From an uncultured Clostridia bacterium (GTDB lineage Bacteria; Bacillota; Clostridia; Oscillospirales; CAG-272), in NCBI GenBank assembly GCA_947628165.1, contig CANQYV010000002.1, forward strand, positions 33,575 to 97,574: 64,000 bases of DNA, written 5' to 3'. The notes under the pieces are model-generated. The model worked only from the letters and a program-made list of their open reading frames with translations, was not told where the DNA came from and did not search any database. The position numbers and the translations under genes were made by a program. This document shows, one piece after another, positions 9,844-19,497 of this stretch. Every line of letters begins with the position of its first letter. Position 1 is the first letter of the stretch.

Positions 9844-10878
9844 ATGCAGGAAAAGATTTTAACGAACAAGAAAAACGGCATGAGAGTGATGCTTATCTGC
9901 ATCGCGGTGCTTTTGGCGGCGATAATAGGCTTCATTGTCGGAATATGCGGTCTTGACGCGGCGGAGGAGAGCGGAAGCTCCGCGCCGGGGTCAACGGCCC
10001 TGTTTGTCGTCTCGCTCGTCGTTTTGTGCCTTGGGTGGATACCGCTCTGCGGACTGCGCGTCCTTGCGCCGAATGAGGCGCTCGTGCTGACGCTGTTCGG
10101 GAAATACATCGGCACGCTGAAGGGCAACGGCTTTTACGCCGTGAACCCGTTCTGTGTTTCCGTAAACCCGGCGGCAAAGACGAAGCTGAATCAGTCGGGC
10201 GACGTGTCCTCGCTCGCGAGCGCGGTCACATCAAACGGAACTTCCGCGTCGGTCGAGATGCCGTCAAAGAAGCTGTCGCTCAAGATAATGACGCTCAACA
10301 ACAGCCGTCAGAAGATAAACGACTGCCTCGGCAACCCTATAGAGATAGGGATCGCGGTGACGTGGCGCATCGTTGACACGGCGAAGGCGGTGTTCAACGT
10401 CGACAACTACAAGGAATACCTCTCGCTCCAGTGCGACAGCGCGCTGCGCAACATAGTCCGCCTTTACCCCTATGACGTCGCGCCGAACGTCGACACGACG
10501 GGTGACGGAATCGCGGACGACGGCAGCCTGCGCGGCTCATCGGAGCTCGTCGCGTCCCGCATAAGGGACGAGATACAGGCCCGCGTCGACGAGGCGGGCA
10601 TCGAGGTCATCGAGGCGAGAATCACTTATCTCGCATACGCGACCGAGATCGCGGCGGTAATGCTCCAGCGTCAGCAGGCGTCCGCAATAATAGACGCGCG
10701 CAAGATGATAGTCGACGGCGCCGTCGGAATGGTCGAAATGGCGCTCGAAAGGCTCGCGGAGAACAACACGGTCACGCTTGACGAGGAGAGAAAGGCCGCG
10801 ATGGTGTCAAACCTTCTCGTCGTGCTCTGCGGCAACCATGACGCGCAGCCCGTCGTCAACTCCGGCAGCCTGTATTAA
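9844..10878 (+). CDS. SPFH/band-7 domain membrane protein
   Basis: N-terminal TM helices followed by an SPFH core ([16 protein letters not shown].. and a QRQQA-rich coiled C-terminus). Confidence 0.85.
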   Translation: MQEKILTNKKNGMRVMLICIAVLLAAIIGFIVGICGLDAAEESGSSAPGSTALFVVSLVVLCLGWIPLCGLRVLAPNEALVLTLFGKYIGTLKGNGFYAVNPFCVSVNPAAKTKLNQSGDVSSLASAVTSNGTSASVEMPSKKLSLKIMTLNNSRQKINDCLGNPIEIGIAVTWRIVDTAKAVFNVDNYKEYLSLQCDSALRNIVRLYPYDVAPNVDTTGDGIADDGSLRGSSELVASRIRDEIQARVDEAGIEVIEARITYLAYATEIAAVMLQRQQASAIIDARKMIVDGAVGMVEMALERLAENNTVTLDEERKAAMVSNLLVVLCGNHDAQPVVNSGSLY

Positions 10879-10918
10879 CAAAAGCGGATAAGTGCATACG
10901 GAAAGGAGGGGGCCCCGG

Positions 10919-11134
10919 ATGGCAGATAAAGAAAAAGAAAACGAAAAGAAACAGATACCGCTGAGGCTCTCGCCGAAGCTGTACGCGGCGATCGCGTCGT
11001 GGGCGGAGGACGACTTCCGCTCCGTGAACGGGCAGATAGAGTACCTTTTGTCGGAATGCGTGCGTCAGCGGAAGAAAAACGGTCGGTACGTCTCGGATGA
11101 GATAGACGTTCCGCCCGAGCTTGATATAGAATGA
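10919..11134 (+). CDS. small Arc/MetJ-type ribbon-helix-helix protein
   Basis: Internal ATG 10919 with a ggaaaggaggggg [37 protein letters not shown] fits a beta-strand/helix/helix RHH layout. Confidence 0.6.
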   Translation: MADKEKENEKKQIPLRLSPKLYAAIASWAEDDFRSVNGQIEYLLSECVRQRKKNGRYVSDEIDVPPELDIE

Positions 11135-11144
11135 GCTTGATGCG

Positions 11145-11180
11145 GCGGGGAGAGAAAAATCTTTCTCTCCCCGCATATTT
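11145..11180 (+). terminator. intrinsic terminator hairpin (related to the dispersed GGGGAGA..TCTCCCC family)
   Basis: GCGGGGAGAGAAAaatcTTTCTCTCCCCGC followed by atatttt. Confidence 0.65.
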
Positions 11181-11200
11181 TAAAAGGAGCAGTTAAAAGA

Positions 11201-11668
11201 TTGGCAAACACAACGAGGATATTATTCGTCTGTCACGGCAACATATGCCGCTCGCCGATGGCGGAATTTGTTATGAAGTATATGGCAGAAAAGCGTGGGC
11301 GCGAGACGGAATTTTATATCGAGTCCGCCGCGACGAGCACGGAGGAGATCGGGAACGACGTCCACTACGGCACAAAAAGCAAGCTGCGCGCCGAGGGGAT
11401 ACCGTTTGAAAAAAGGCGCGCGCGGCAGATGACGAGGCAGGACTACGAAAAATTCGACCTCATCATAGGCATGGACAGGTACAATATTTCAAATATTCTT
11501 CGTATCACGGGCGGCGACCCGAAGGGTAAGGTGAAAAAGCTGCTCGATTTCACGCGCCGCGCAGGGCAGGATATCGCCGACCCGTGGTACACGGGAGATT
11601 TTGACGAGACGTATCGAGACGTTTGCGAGGGCTGCCGCGGCATCCTCGATTGTGCGGGCGTAAAATAA
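11201..11668 (+). CDS. low-molecular-weight protein tyrosine/arginine phosphatase
   Basis: Active-site loop LFVCHGNICRSPMAE and a DPWY motif. TTG start preceded by aaaaggagc. Confidence 0.9.
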   Translation: MANTTRILFVCHGNICRSPMAEFVMKYMAEKRGRETEFYIESAATSTEEIGNDVHYGTKSKLRAEGIPFEKRRARQMTRQDYEKFDLIIGMDRYNISNILRITGGDPKGKVKKLLDFTRRAGQDIADPWYTGDFDETYRDVCEGCRGILDCAGVK

Positions 11669-11713
11669 AGGCTTTTATTGCGGAGGTGACAGTATGCCGA
11701 CGGACTGTTCACA

Positions 11714-11998
11714 GTGCTTTTTGTTGTGCTTGGGGTCGTTTTCCGTTTTGAAAAGGGCGGCTTTCTCATAGCGGGATATAACACGGCATCGACGACAGAA
11801 AAGAGGTCATATAACGAAAAGAAGCTGTACAAATATATGAGCAGGATGATGTTTTTGTGCGCGGCGTCTTCTTTGCTCGCTGTTTTTGCGGCGGTATTCG
11901 ATAAAATGTGGCTTTTGTGGCTCAGCATCGGGCTTATCATTGCCGTGTGTATCGGCGGGTTGATTTTCATGAATACGGGCGGAAGGCTGAAAAGGTAG
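11714..11998 (+). CDS. DUF3784-like small membrane protein
   Basis: GYNTAS..EK..YNEKKLYKYM motif between hydrophobic helices. The GTG start is uncertain. Confidence 0.5.
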   Translation: MLFVVLGVVFRFEKGGFLIAGYNTASTTEKRSYNEKKLYKYMSRMMFLCAASSLLAVFAAVFDKMWLLWLSIGLIIAVCIGGLIFMNTGGRLKR

Positions 11999-12026
11999 TG
12001 AAAACTGAAAACGCGTGGAGGTAAAG

Positions 12027-13304
12027 ATGGAGTTCTGCGGTTTTGAAACTAAAACGGTGACGTACCCCTGCCCTGCCGGCGGTTGGTGTGACGGCGTCTA
12101 TCACGAAAGAAGGGCGCGCGTTGTCGACAGCGGGGGTCCCTCTTATATTTCGCGGCGGTTTCGCGAGAAAGAAGAGACAGGCTGGGGTGTTTATGACTAC
12201 CGCGAGGGGACGAGCTTTTCCTTTCCCGCAGGATACTGTGACTGGAGCATCTCGGCGCGCGTCCGCGCGGAGGAGAATTGTAGGCTCGACGTTTTCTGCG
12301 ACGGGGTGTGCGTTCTTTCGGGAGCCGATGCTGCGTCTGACGAAAGCGGGACGGAGCTTTCGTTTGTCGTCCGCTCGTGCAGCGATGTGTCGGAGCTCAT
12401 GTTCTCGCCCGCATATGAAGGGGATAAGAAAGAAAGCTCCGCCGCGCTCACGGTCATGGAAATTTCGGCGGAGCGGGTGCCTATGCAAAAGGCGGGCAGA
12501 AAGCCGAGAGTGTTTTTGGCGTCAGACTCGACGGTGCAGACGTATGACGCATATTATTATCCGCAGACGGGCTGGGGCGAGGTCTTTTATAAATATTTCC
12601 GCTTCCCGGAGCTCGTCCGCGAGTTTTGCCCCGAGGGGAGCACATACTCCCATTGCCGCGCCTATGAGCTGCCGGATTTGACGATAGAGAACCGCGCTAT
12701 CGGCGGGCGCTCGGCAAAGTCCTTTTACCTTGAGGGGAAGCTCTCGGAGCTTTTTTCCCGCGCGCGGGAGGGGGACCTCATATTCATCCAGTTTGGGCAT
12801 AACGACTGCACGAAGGCAAGGCCGAACAGGTACTCCCCGCCGGAGGAATATAGATTATTCATAGAAAAATACATCCGCGCGGCGCTCTCGCGAAAGATGA
12901 CGCCCGTGCTCGTCACGCCGGTCATGAGGCGCAACTGCCGCGAGGGCGGAAGAGAGGGGATATTTGCGCCCTCGTTCCCCGAATTTGCCGAAAAGCTTTA
13001 TGATCTCTCGGCGGAATTCGGAGTTCCGCTTCTGGACCTCGGGGCGGCGAGCCTCAGGCTTTGCGAGGCGCTCGGGGAAGAGAGAACGAAAAAGCTCTAC
13101 CTCCACGCGGAGGCGGGGCAGTTTTCGGGCGCGTATGAAAAAGGCGTTGCCGACAACACGCACCTGTCGCGGACGGGCGCGCTGCTGTACGCGGGGCTTG
13201 CCGCCGGTCTGCTCGCCGGCAGCAAGGACGAAAGGCTTTTGCCAGTCTCGTCCCTCGTCGAGGTGACGCGCATCGAAGAAATAAGGAGGGCACTTCTTTG
13301 CTGA
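12027..13304 (+). CDS. SGNH/GDSL hydrolase, rhamnogalacturonan acetylesterase-like, with an N-terminal ~165-aa extra domain
   Basis: SGNH blocks: VFLASDSTVQ (block I), GGRSAKSF (II), IQFGHNDC (III), DNTHLS (V). ggagg RBS before ATG 12027. Confidence 0.8.
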   Translation: MEFCGFETKTVTYPCPAGGWCDGVYHERRARVVDSGGPSYISRRFREKEETGWGVYDYREGTSFSFPAGYCDWSISARVRAEENCRLDVFCDGVCVLSGADAASDESGTELSFVVRSCSDVSELMFSPAYEGDKKESSAALTVMEISAERVPMQKAGRKPRVFLASDSTVQTYDAYYYPQTGWGEVFYKYFRFPELVREFCPEGSTYSHCRAYELPDLTIENRAIGGRSAKSFYLEGKLSELFSRAREGDLIFIQFGHNDCTKARPNRYSPPEEYRLFIEKYIRAALSRKMTPVLVTPVMRRNCREGGREGIFAPSFPEFAEKLYDLSAEFGVPLLDLGAASLRLCEALGEERTKKLYLHAEAGQFSGAYEKGVADNTHLSRTGALLYAGLAAGLLAGSKDERLLPVSSLVEVTRIEEIRRALLC

Positions 13305-14191
13305 CACTATCCGAGCTCTGCTCGCCCGCGTTCGTGCGGGAGCTGATGGCGCGTCACGGTATTGCGCCGCGCCGCGAATTCGGGCAGAATTTTCTCATAA
13401 ATCCCGCGATACCGAGGCGGATAGCGGAGGCTGCCGTCGGCGGTGAGGCGGACGTCAACGTGCTCGAAATAGGCCCCGGCATCGGAACGATGACGACGGA
13501 GCTTTCAAGGCTTGCGGGAAAAGTGGCGGCAGTCGAGATTGACCGCGCGCTGATACCGGTGCTCGCGGAAACGCTTGACGGCTGCGAAAACGTCGCGGTC
13601 ATAAACCGCGACATAATGAAGTGCAGCCTCCCCGAGCTGACGCGCGAGGCGTTCGGAGATGAGGACTACCGCGTCTGCGCGAATCTCCCCTACTACATCA
13701 CCTCGCCTATAATAATGAAGCTTTTGGAGGAGGGCGGAGAGCGGCTGCGCTCCGTCACCGTCATGATACAGACCGAGGTCGCCTCAAGGCTGACGGCGTC
13801 GCCCGGCACGCAGGACTACGGCTCGATAACTGCCGCCGTCGCGTATTACGGGACGGCGAAAAAGCTCTTCACCGTGTCGCCCGGCAGCTTTCTGCCCGCG
13901 CCGAAGGTGACCTCGACCGTCATAAAAATCGAGCTGTACCGCCCGGGCGAGCGCCCGGTCACGGCAAAGGACGAAAAAACACTGTTCCGGGTAATTTCAT
14001 CCGCTTTCGGTCAGCGGCGAAAAACGCTGCCGAACGCGCTGTCGGCGGGGATGCCGGAGCTTTCAAAGGACGCTGCCGTCTCGCTCGTCACCTCGCTCGG
14101 CTACGACGAGAGGATAAGGGGCGAGGCGCTCGGTATCGGGGATTTCGCCCGCATCGCGGACGCTATAACAGCAGAAACAGCAGAAAAATAA
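13298..14191 (+). CDS. rsmA: 16S rRNA (adenine1518/1519-N6)-dimethyltransferase
   Basis: GQNFLINP, SAM motif VLEIGPGIGTMT, and NLPYYITSPI. Confidence 0.92.
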   Translation: MLTLSELCSPAFVRELMARHGIAPRREFGQNFLINPAIPRRIAEAAVGGEADVNVLEIGPGIGTMTTELSRLAGKVAAVEIDRALIPVLAETLDGCENVAVINRDIMKCSLPELTREAFGDEDYRVCANLPYYITSPIIMKLLEEGGERLRSVTVMIQTEVASRLTASPGTQDYGSITAAVAYYGTAKKLFTVSPGSFLPAPKVTSTVIKIELYRPGERPVTAKDEKTLFRVISSAFGQRRKTLPNALSAGMPELSKDAAVSLVTSLGYDERIRGEALGIGDFARIADAITAETAEK

Positions 14192-14258
14192 AAAAATGAG
14201 CCCGCAGGCGCACGTTGCGAAAGAAGCGCGCCTGCGGGCATATTTTTCATGGGATTTC

Positions 14259-14897
14259 TTATTCCGAAAGTATTTTTTCGACGAGCGCGCGGAGCTTTTC
14301 GCACTTGCAGTCGGCGAAAAACAGCTCCCCGAAGCGGCTGCCGGAGAGGGCGCCCTTGACGAGCGCGGGGTCAAGCTCGGGGAGGATATCCTCGAGCGGA
14401 CGGTATGTCACTTTCTTCACCTCGTCGAGTATCTTCTTGTTCGCCTTCTCGGGAACGGCGCGCTCGCGCGGATACCCTTGACCAGGCTCCTCGCAGAAGA
14501 GCTTTTCAAAAATATATTCGAGATTGAGGTCGCCGCCCCAGCCGAAGCCCTTGGCGAACGGGATCGCGATCGCGTTGCCGTCGTTTATCTGCGCAAATGT
14601 GTAGGCGTCGAGCGGATCCTCAACGTGACCGCAGATGACGCCGGGGAACGAATTGCACGCGAGCATAGCGCCTTCTCCCGTGCCGCAGCCCGTGATGACG
14701 TAGTCGGCGGCGCCGGAGTTAAGAAGAACCGAGGCGAGGATGCCGATCTGCACATATGTGAGCTGGTTGTCGTCCGGCGAGTACATGCCGTAGTTTACGA
14801 CGGTGTGCCCCATCGGCTCGACGACGCGGCGCAGCGCGCCCTCGATCACGGTGTTTTTCGCCGCCTGGCTGTTTTCGTTGATAAGAGCTATCTTCAT
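14259..14897 (-). CDS. RpiB/LacA/LacB-family sugar isomerase, long form (DhuI-like)
   Basis: MKIALINENSQ.. and GCGTGEGAMLACNSFPGVICG. 212 aa with a C-terminal extension. Confidence 0.8.
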   Translation of the reverse strand: MKIALINENSQAAKNTVIEGALRRVVEPMGHTVVNYGMYSPDDNQLTYVQIGILASVLLNSGAADYVITGCGTGEGAMLACNSFPGVICGHVEDPLDAYTFAQINDGNAIAIPFAKGFGWGGDLNLEYIFEKLFCEEPGQGYPRERAVPEKANKKILDEVKKVTYRPLEDILPELDPALVKGALSGSRFGELFFADCKCEKLRALVEKILSE

Positions 14898-14934
14898 TTT
14901 TTGCTGCCTCTTTAATAAATTAAAATAAAGTATC

Positions 14935-14983
14935 AGAAAAGTTTTGCGGGGGCCCGGGGGAGCTTTTTCAAAAGCTCCCCCGG
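14935..14983. repeat. dispersed hairpin element, copy B
   Basis: agaaaagttttgcgggggc + CCGGGGGAGCTTTTtcAAAAGCTCCCCCGG, between the SDR and isomerase genes. Confidence 0.7.
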
Positions 14984-14998
14984 TTATTATGTGCCCCT

Positions 14999-15790
14999 TT
15001 ACGGCTGCTTGCCGATGTAAGCGAGGATGCCGCCGTCAACGTAGAGGATGTGGCCGTTGACAAAGTCAGAAGCATCGGAGGCGAGGAACACCGCCGGCCC
15101 CTTGAGGTCATCGGGCACGCCCCAGCGCTCCGCCGGCGTCTTTGATATTATGAACGAGTCAAACGGGTGGCGGCTGCCGTCGGGCTTAGGCTCGCGGAGC
15201 GGCGCCGTCTGCGGCGTCGCGATGTAGCCGGGGCCGATGCCGTTGCAGCAAATGCCGTACTTGCCGTACTCCGAGGCTATGTTGCGCGTCAGCATTTTGA
15301 GCCCTCCCTTCGCGGACGCGTATGCGGATACGGTCTCGCGGCCGAGCTCGCTCATCATGGAGCAGACGTTGATTATTTTCCCGTGCCTGCGCTCCATCAT
15401 AGACGGCAGCACGGCCTTTGAAACGATGTAGGGCGCGACAAGGTCTATCTCGACGACCTCGCGGAATTCGGACGCCTCCATCTCGTGCATGGGGATACGT
15501 TTGATTATGCCCGCGTTGTTGACGAGAATGTCGACGGGGCCGAGCGCGCACGTTATGTCGGCGACCATTTTCCCGACGGCGGCCTCGTCCGTGACGTCGC
15601 AGATATAGCCGCGCGCCTCGATGCCGCGCTTTTTATATTCCTCAAGCGCCGCGTCGAGGTGTGCCTGACTGCGGCAGTTGAAGGCTATTTCGGCGCCCGC
15701 CTCGGCGAGCGCCTCCGCTATCGCAAATCCTATGCCGTATGCCGCGCCGGTAACGAGCGCGACTCTGCCCTTGAGAGAGAACATATCCAT
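14999..15790 (-). CDS. SDR-family oxidoreductase (gluconate 5-dehydrogenase / KduD / DhuD-like)
   Basis: TGAAYGIG cofactor motif, NNAG, and catalytic YASAK. Confidence 0.85.
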   Translation of the reverse strand: MDMFSLKGRVALVTGAAYGIGFAIAEALAEAGAEIAFNCRSQAHLDAALEEYKKRGIEARGYICDVTDEAAVGKMVADITCALGPVDILVNNAGIIKRIPMHEMEASEFREVVEIDLVAPYIVSKAVLPSMMERRHGKIINVCSMMSELGRETVSAYASAKGGLKMLTRNIASEYGKYGICCNGIGPGYIATPQTAPLREPKPDGSRHPFDSFIISKTPAERWGVPDDLKGPAVFLASDASDFVNGHILYVDGGILAYIGKQP

Positions 15791-15920
15791 ATGCGTCTAT
15801 GCTCCTTTTTTACCCGAAACGCTTTTTATTACATGTATATAATAGCAGAAATTCGCGCGTTTGTAAACCGAGACGCGGCAAAAAACACGGCGGAAAGCCG
15901 TTCTCTTTCGCAGTTTGCAC

Positions 15921-15949
15921 TTGAAAAACGGACAAGGATGGTATATAAT
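15921..15949 (+). promoter_or_regulatory. sigma-70-type promoter for the LCP gene
   Basis: TTGAAA, 17-nt spacer, TATAAT. Confidence 0.55.
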
Positions 15950-15990
15950 ACTCTCTGACGGAAAAAACCGATGAGGAAAAAGGCCGAGAA

Positions 15991-17070
15991 ATGCTTGCAG
16001 CAGTAAGAAATTTTGTAATAGCGTTCCTGATAGCCGCAGTCGTATTCGGCTCGATAGCATGGCTCATCACGGGATTTATAGCCGAAAACGTCATAGGGAT
16101 CGCGGAGTCGCCGGAGGACACGGGCATATCGGAGCCGTCGAATAATCCGACCGTCACCCCGCCGATAATAACGCCGCCGTCTCAGTCTGACGGGGAGGAC
16201 CTCGAGGGCTCGTCGTTCAGCGTGCTGCTCATAGGCACCGACTACCGCCCCGACGATTTCAACGACTATATAGAGGATCTCTCCGCCGCCGGAATAGGAG
16301 CCGGCGTTCAGCTCGGTCTGCTCGAAAAGCCGATAAGGACGAAAAACGCGGACATACTCCTGCTCGTGACCGTCTCGGAGGAAAAGAAGCAGATAACGTT
16401 CACCCTTATCCCGCCGAACACGCGCGTGTCCGTCAACGGCTCGTATTATCTTCTCGGCACGCGGTACGACAAGGGAGGCTGCGACGAGCTCGTGGATTTC
16501 GTGAGCTATCTCACCGCCGTGCCGATAGACTACTACATAAAGGCGAACGTCACTGACGCGGGCGCGATAATAGACACGATAGGCGGCGTCGACATGAGCC
16601 TGCCGAGGGATATAATAAATCCGTACTACAACCCCGACAGGACGGAGGAGAACGCGCCGTATTCGGGCATAACGGGGGACCGCGATTTCGAGACCGAGAT
16701 TTTGATAGAGGGCGGCAGCAGCCACATAGACTCTACGAACCTCTTCGGCCTGCTCCATTACAGGACGAAGGGCGGCACGGCGGAGGAGAGGACGTCAGTT
16801 CTCGCGACGCTCGCGAGAACGACGCTTGAAAAGGCCGTCAGCGCCGAGTATCTGCCGCGTGCGGCGGAGCTGTTCTCAAGCATCGTCCAGTACACGGAGA
16901 CGAATATGAAGGTCGAGGACCTGACGGCAAACCTCGGGCTGTTCTCGCATTACGGAGAATTCACCGTAACGACGCTCGAGTATCCGGGGACGAGCGCGAT
17001 GCTCGGCGAGGTCGAATGCTTTATCCCGAGCCTGAACGAGGCATATACCATGTACCGTTCGTACAGGTGA
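15991..17070 (+). CDS. LCP (LytR-CpsA-Psr) family cell-wall polymer ligase
   Basis: N-terminal TM helix, then FSVLLIGTDYR.. and ADILLLVTV.. blocks typical of LCP domains. Confidence 0.85.
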   Translation: MLAAVRNFVIAFLIAAVVFGSIAWLITGFIAENVIGIAESPEDTGISEPSNNPTVTPPIITPPSQSDGEDLEGSSFSVLLIGTDYRPDDFNDYIEDLSAAGIGAGVQLGLLEKPIRTKNADILLLVTVSEEKKQITFTLIPPNTRVSVNGSYYLLGTRYDKGGCDELVDFVSYLTAVPIDYYIKANVTDAGAIIDTIGGVDMSLPRDIINPYYNPDRTEENAPYSGITGDRDFETEILIEGGSSHIDSTNLFGLLHYRTKGGTAEERTSVLATLARTTLEKAVSAEYLPRAAELFSSIVQYTETNMKVEDLTANLGLFSHYGEFTVTTLEYPGTSAMLGEVECFIPSLNEAYTMYRSYR

Positions 17071-17146
17071 TAAGGTGATACGTCACAACAAAAGAAAAAG
17101 CACGCCGCCGGACGCCGCGTGAACAGAAAGGCACAAGGACAAGAAC

Positions 17147-18526
17147 ATGGAAAACACCGAAAAGACAATGGACAAAATAGTCGCGCTCTGCAAGAACCGC
17201 GGCTTCATCTTCGCGGGGAGCGACATATACGGCGGTCTTGCGAACACATGGGACTACGGCCCGCTCGGCGCGAGGATGAAAAACAACGTCAAGGACACAT
17301 GGCGCAAGAGATTTATACAGGAGCGCAAGAACAGCTACGAGGTCGACGCCGATATTCTCATGCACCCGAGAGTCTGGGAGGCGAGCGGCCACGTCGCGAG
17401 CTTTTCCGACCCGCTCCTTGACTGCAAGGAGTGCAAGACGCGCCACCGCGCGGACAATCTCATAAACGATTTCGACCCCGACGCTCACGCAGACGGAATG
17501 ACGAAGGAGGAGATGTTCGAGTACATCAAGGCGCACGCGATACCGTGCCCGAAGTGCGGCAAGCACAACTTCACCGACATCCGTGAATTCAATCTGATGT
17601 TCCAGACGTTCCGCGGCGTCACAAACGACTCGAAAAGCGTCATTTACCTGCGCCCTGAGAACGCGCAGGGCGAATACGTCAACTTCCTCAACGTGCAGCG
17701 CACGATGAGGGCGAAGCTCCCGTTCTCGATAGGACAGATAGGAAAGGCGTTCCGCAACGAAATCACCCCCGGCAACTTCACGTTCCGCACGATAGAGTTC
17801 GAGCAGATGGAGTTCCAGACGTTCTGCCATGAGGGGCAGGACGGCGAGCTCTACGACTATTTCAAGGCATACGGCAGAAAGTATTTTGAGGATCTCGGCA
17901 TCGCGCCAGAGCATCTGCGCTATCACGACCACGAAAAGCTCGCCCACTACGCGAAGGCGGCGTGCGACATCGAGTTCCTCTTCCCGTTTGGATGGGGCGA
18001 GATAAACGGCACCCACAACCGCACGGACTTCGACCTCACGCGCCATCAGGAATACAGCGGCACGAACATGAGCTACCTCGACCCCGAGACGAACGAGCGG
18101 TTCATACCTTACATCATCGAGTCGACATACGGCCTTGACAGAACGGTGCTTGCGCTGCTCTGCGAGGCTTACGACGAGGAGGTCATAGACGCCGAGAAGA
18201 ACGACACGCGCGTCGTGCTTCACCTTTCGCCCGTCGTCGCGCCCTACAAGTGCGCGGTGCTCCCGCTCTCTAAAAAGCTGTCCGAAAAGGCACTCGAGGT
18301 ATACGATATGCTCTCAAAGCGCGTCATGACGGACTTTGACGAGACGGGCTCCATCGGAAAGAGATACCGCCGCGAGGACGAGATAGGCACGCCGTACTGC
18401 GTGACATATGACTTCGATTCCGAAAACGACGGCTGCGTCACCGTCCGCGAGAGAGACTCGATGGAGCAGGTGCGCCTGCCGATATCGGAGGTCGCGGACT
18501 ATATAGAAAAGGCGATAAAATTCTGA
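17147..18526 (+). CDS. glyQS: glycine--tRNA ligase (single-chain class II)
   Basis: 459 aa. KNRGFIFAGSDIYGGLANTWDYGPLG, FRNEITPGNFTFRTIEFEQME, and a C-terminal anticodon-binding domain. Confidence 0.95.
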   Translation: MENTEKTMDKIVALCKNRGFIFAGSDIYGGLANTWDYGPLGARMKNNVKDTWRKRFIQERKNSYEVDADILMHPRVWEASGHVASFSDPLLDCKECKTRHRADNLINDFDPDAHADGMTKEEMFEYIKAHAIPCPKCGKHNFTDIREFNLMFQTFRGVTNDSKSVIYLRPENAQGEYVNFLNVQRTMRAKLPFSIGQIGKAFRNEITPGNFTFRTIEFEQMEFQTFCHEGQDGELYDYFKAYGRKYFEDLGIAPEHLRYHDHEKLAHYAKAACDIEFLFPFGWGEINGTHNRTDFDLTRHQEYSGTNMSYLDPETNERFIPYIIESTYGLDRTVLALLCEAYDEEVIDAEKNDTRVVLHLSPVVAPYKCAVLPLSKKLSEKALEVYDMLSKRVMTDFDETGSIGKRYRREDEIGTPYCVTYDFDSENDGCVTVRERDSMEQVRLPISEVADYIEKAIKF

Positions 18527-18534
18527 TGATAAAT

Positions 18535-18569
18535 GCGCGGGAGATTAGCTTCTCCCGCGCACCTTTTTT
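18535..18569 (+). terminator. intrinsic terminator after glyQS
   Basis: GCGCGGGAGAttagctTCTCCCGCGC followed by accttttttc. Confidence 0.8.
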
Positions 18570-18597
18570 CGGCGGGCATGATAAAAAATGCCGGCCT

Positions 18598-19452
18598 TTA
18601 TTTTTCGACGTACACTATTATGCAGAGCTCCCCTTCATCGCCGTAAACGACGGGCTCCAAAACGTCGCCGCCGCTCCACGAGAGGACGGCGTCCTCCGCC
18701 TCCTTCGTATAGGGAACGGAAAAGCCTTGCCCGTCGAATTTTGCGCCGAGCGACTTCGCGAGCGACGCCGCCGCGTCATAGGATCTTGCCGTTATGGGGA
18801 TGATGAGCGCGCGGTCATATCCCGCGCCGTAAGTGCGGAAGAGCTCTTCGTATTTATCTTCACTGTCTGATGCCGTCGGATTTTCGGAGCCGGTTTCGCC
18901 CTCTGCTCCGCCCATGTTTTCGGGGAGGCGGTCAATGTCTTCGTCTTGGTTTTCGTCTTGAGCGTTTCCGTTTTCGTCGGGCTTGAAACCGGGCGCCGCC
19001 GCCTCGCCGGCGAGGCCGTCAAACGAGGAGTTGCCGGACTTCATGGGGCCTATCATAAAGACGAAGGCGCCAATGCCGACAAAGAGCGTGAGCACGGCGG
19101 CGGCAGCGGCAATATTCCGCCAGCGCCTTGCAGCCTGCCGCTTTTTCGCGGCGGCGTCTTTGTGCACGGCGGACATTATCCTGTCGTGCAGGTCGGCGGG
19201 CGGCGAGGGAATATTGTCCTTCCCGACAGCGGCGGCAGCGGCGCTCTTGGCTTTGAGGCAAGATTCGAGCTCCGCGCGGCATTCGGGGCATCCTTCGAGG
19301 TGCTCCTCTATGTCGCGCGCCGTCTCGGCGTCAGTCTCGCCGTCGGAGTATTCGTAAAGAAGCGCTTTTATTTCATCGCAGGAATATTTTTTCACGGCGG
19401 CAGCTGTTCTCCTTCGGTATGAGGGGCGGCAGCGGGCTGCCCCTCTCTTCAA
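18598..19452 (-). CDS. anti-sigma factor (zf-HC2) with TM helix and extracytoplasmic C-terminal domain
   Basis: zf-HC2 motif CDEIKALLYEYSDGE..HLEGCPECRAE, followed by a TM helix (IAAAAAVLTLFVGIGAFVFMI). Alternative GTG start at 19395. Confidence 0.7.
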   Translation of the reverse strand: MKRGAARCRPSYRRRTAAAVKKYSCDEIKALLYEYSDGETDAETARDIEEHLEGCPECRAELESCLKAKSAAAAAVGKDNIPSPPADLHDRIMSAVHKDAAAKKRQAARRWRNIAAAAAVLTLFVGIGAFVFMIGPMKSGNSSFDGLAGEAAAPGFKPDENGNAQDENQDEDIDRLPENMGGAEGETGSENPTASDSEDKYEELFRTYGAGYDRALIIPITARSYDAAASLAKSLGAKFDGQGFSVPYTKEAEDAVLSWSGGDVLEPVVYGDEGELCIIVYVEK

Positions 19453-19497
19453 TCATTTGACGTTTCGTTTTGTGCTTTTGTTCCCTGAGGCGGGAGG

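Noticed and set aside
17071-17146. Possible T-box leaders upstream of glyQS and asnS (54950..55130)
   Set aside because: The leaders are only about 76 and 181 nt. I could not find a T-box sequence (AANNNGGGTGGNACCGCG-like) or a specifier-loop architecture.
15829-18223. Long minus-strand ORFs 15829..16758 (309 aa) and 17021..18223 (400 aa)
   Set aside because: They are antisense to the LCP gene and to glyQS. They have no start context and an Arg/Val-rich composition.
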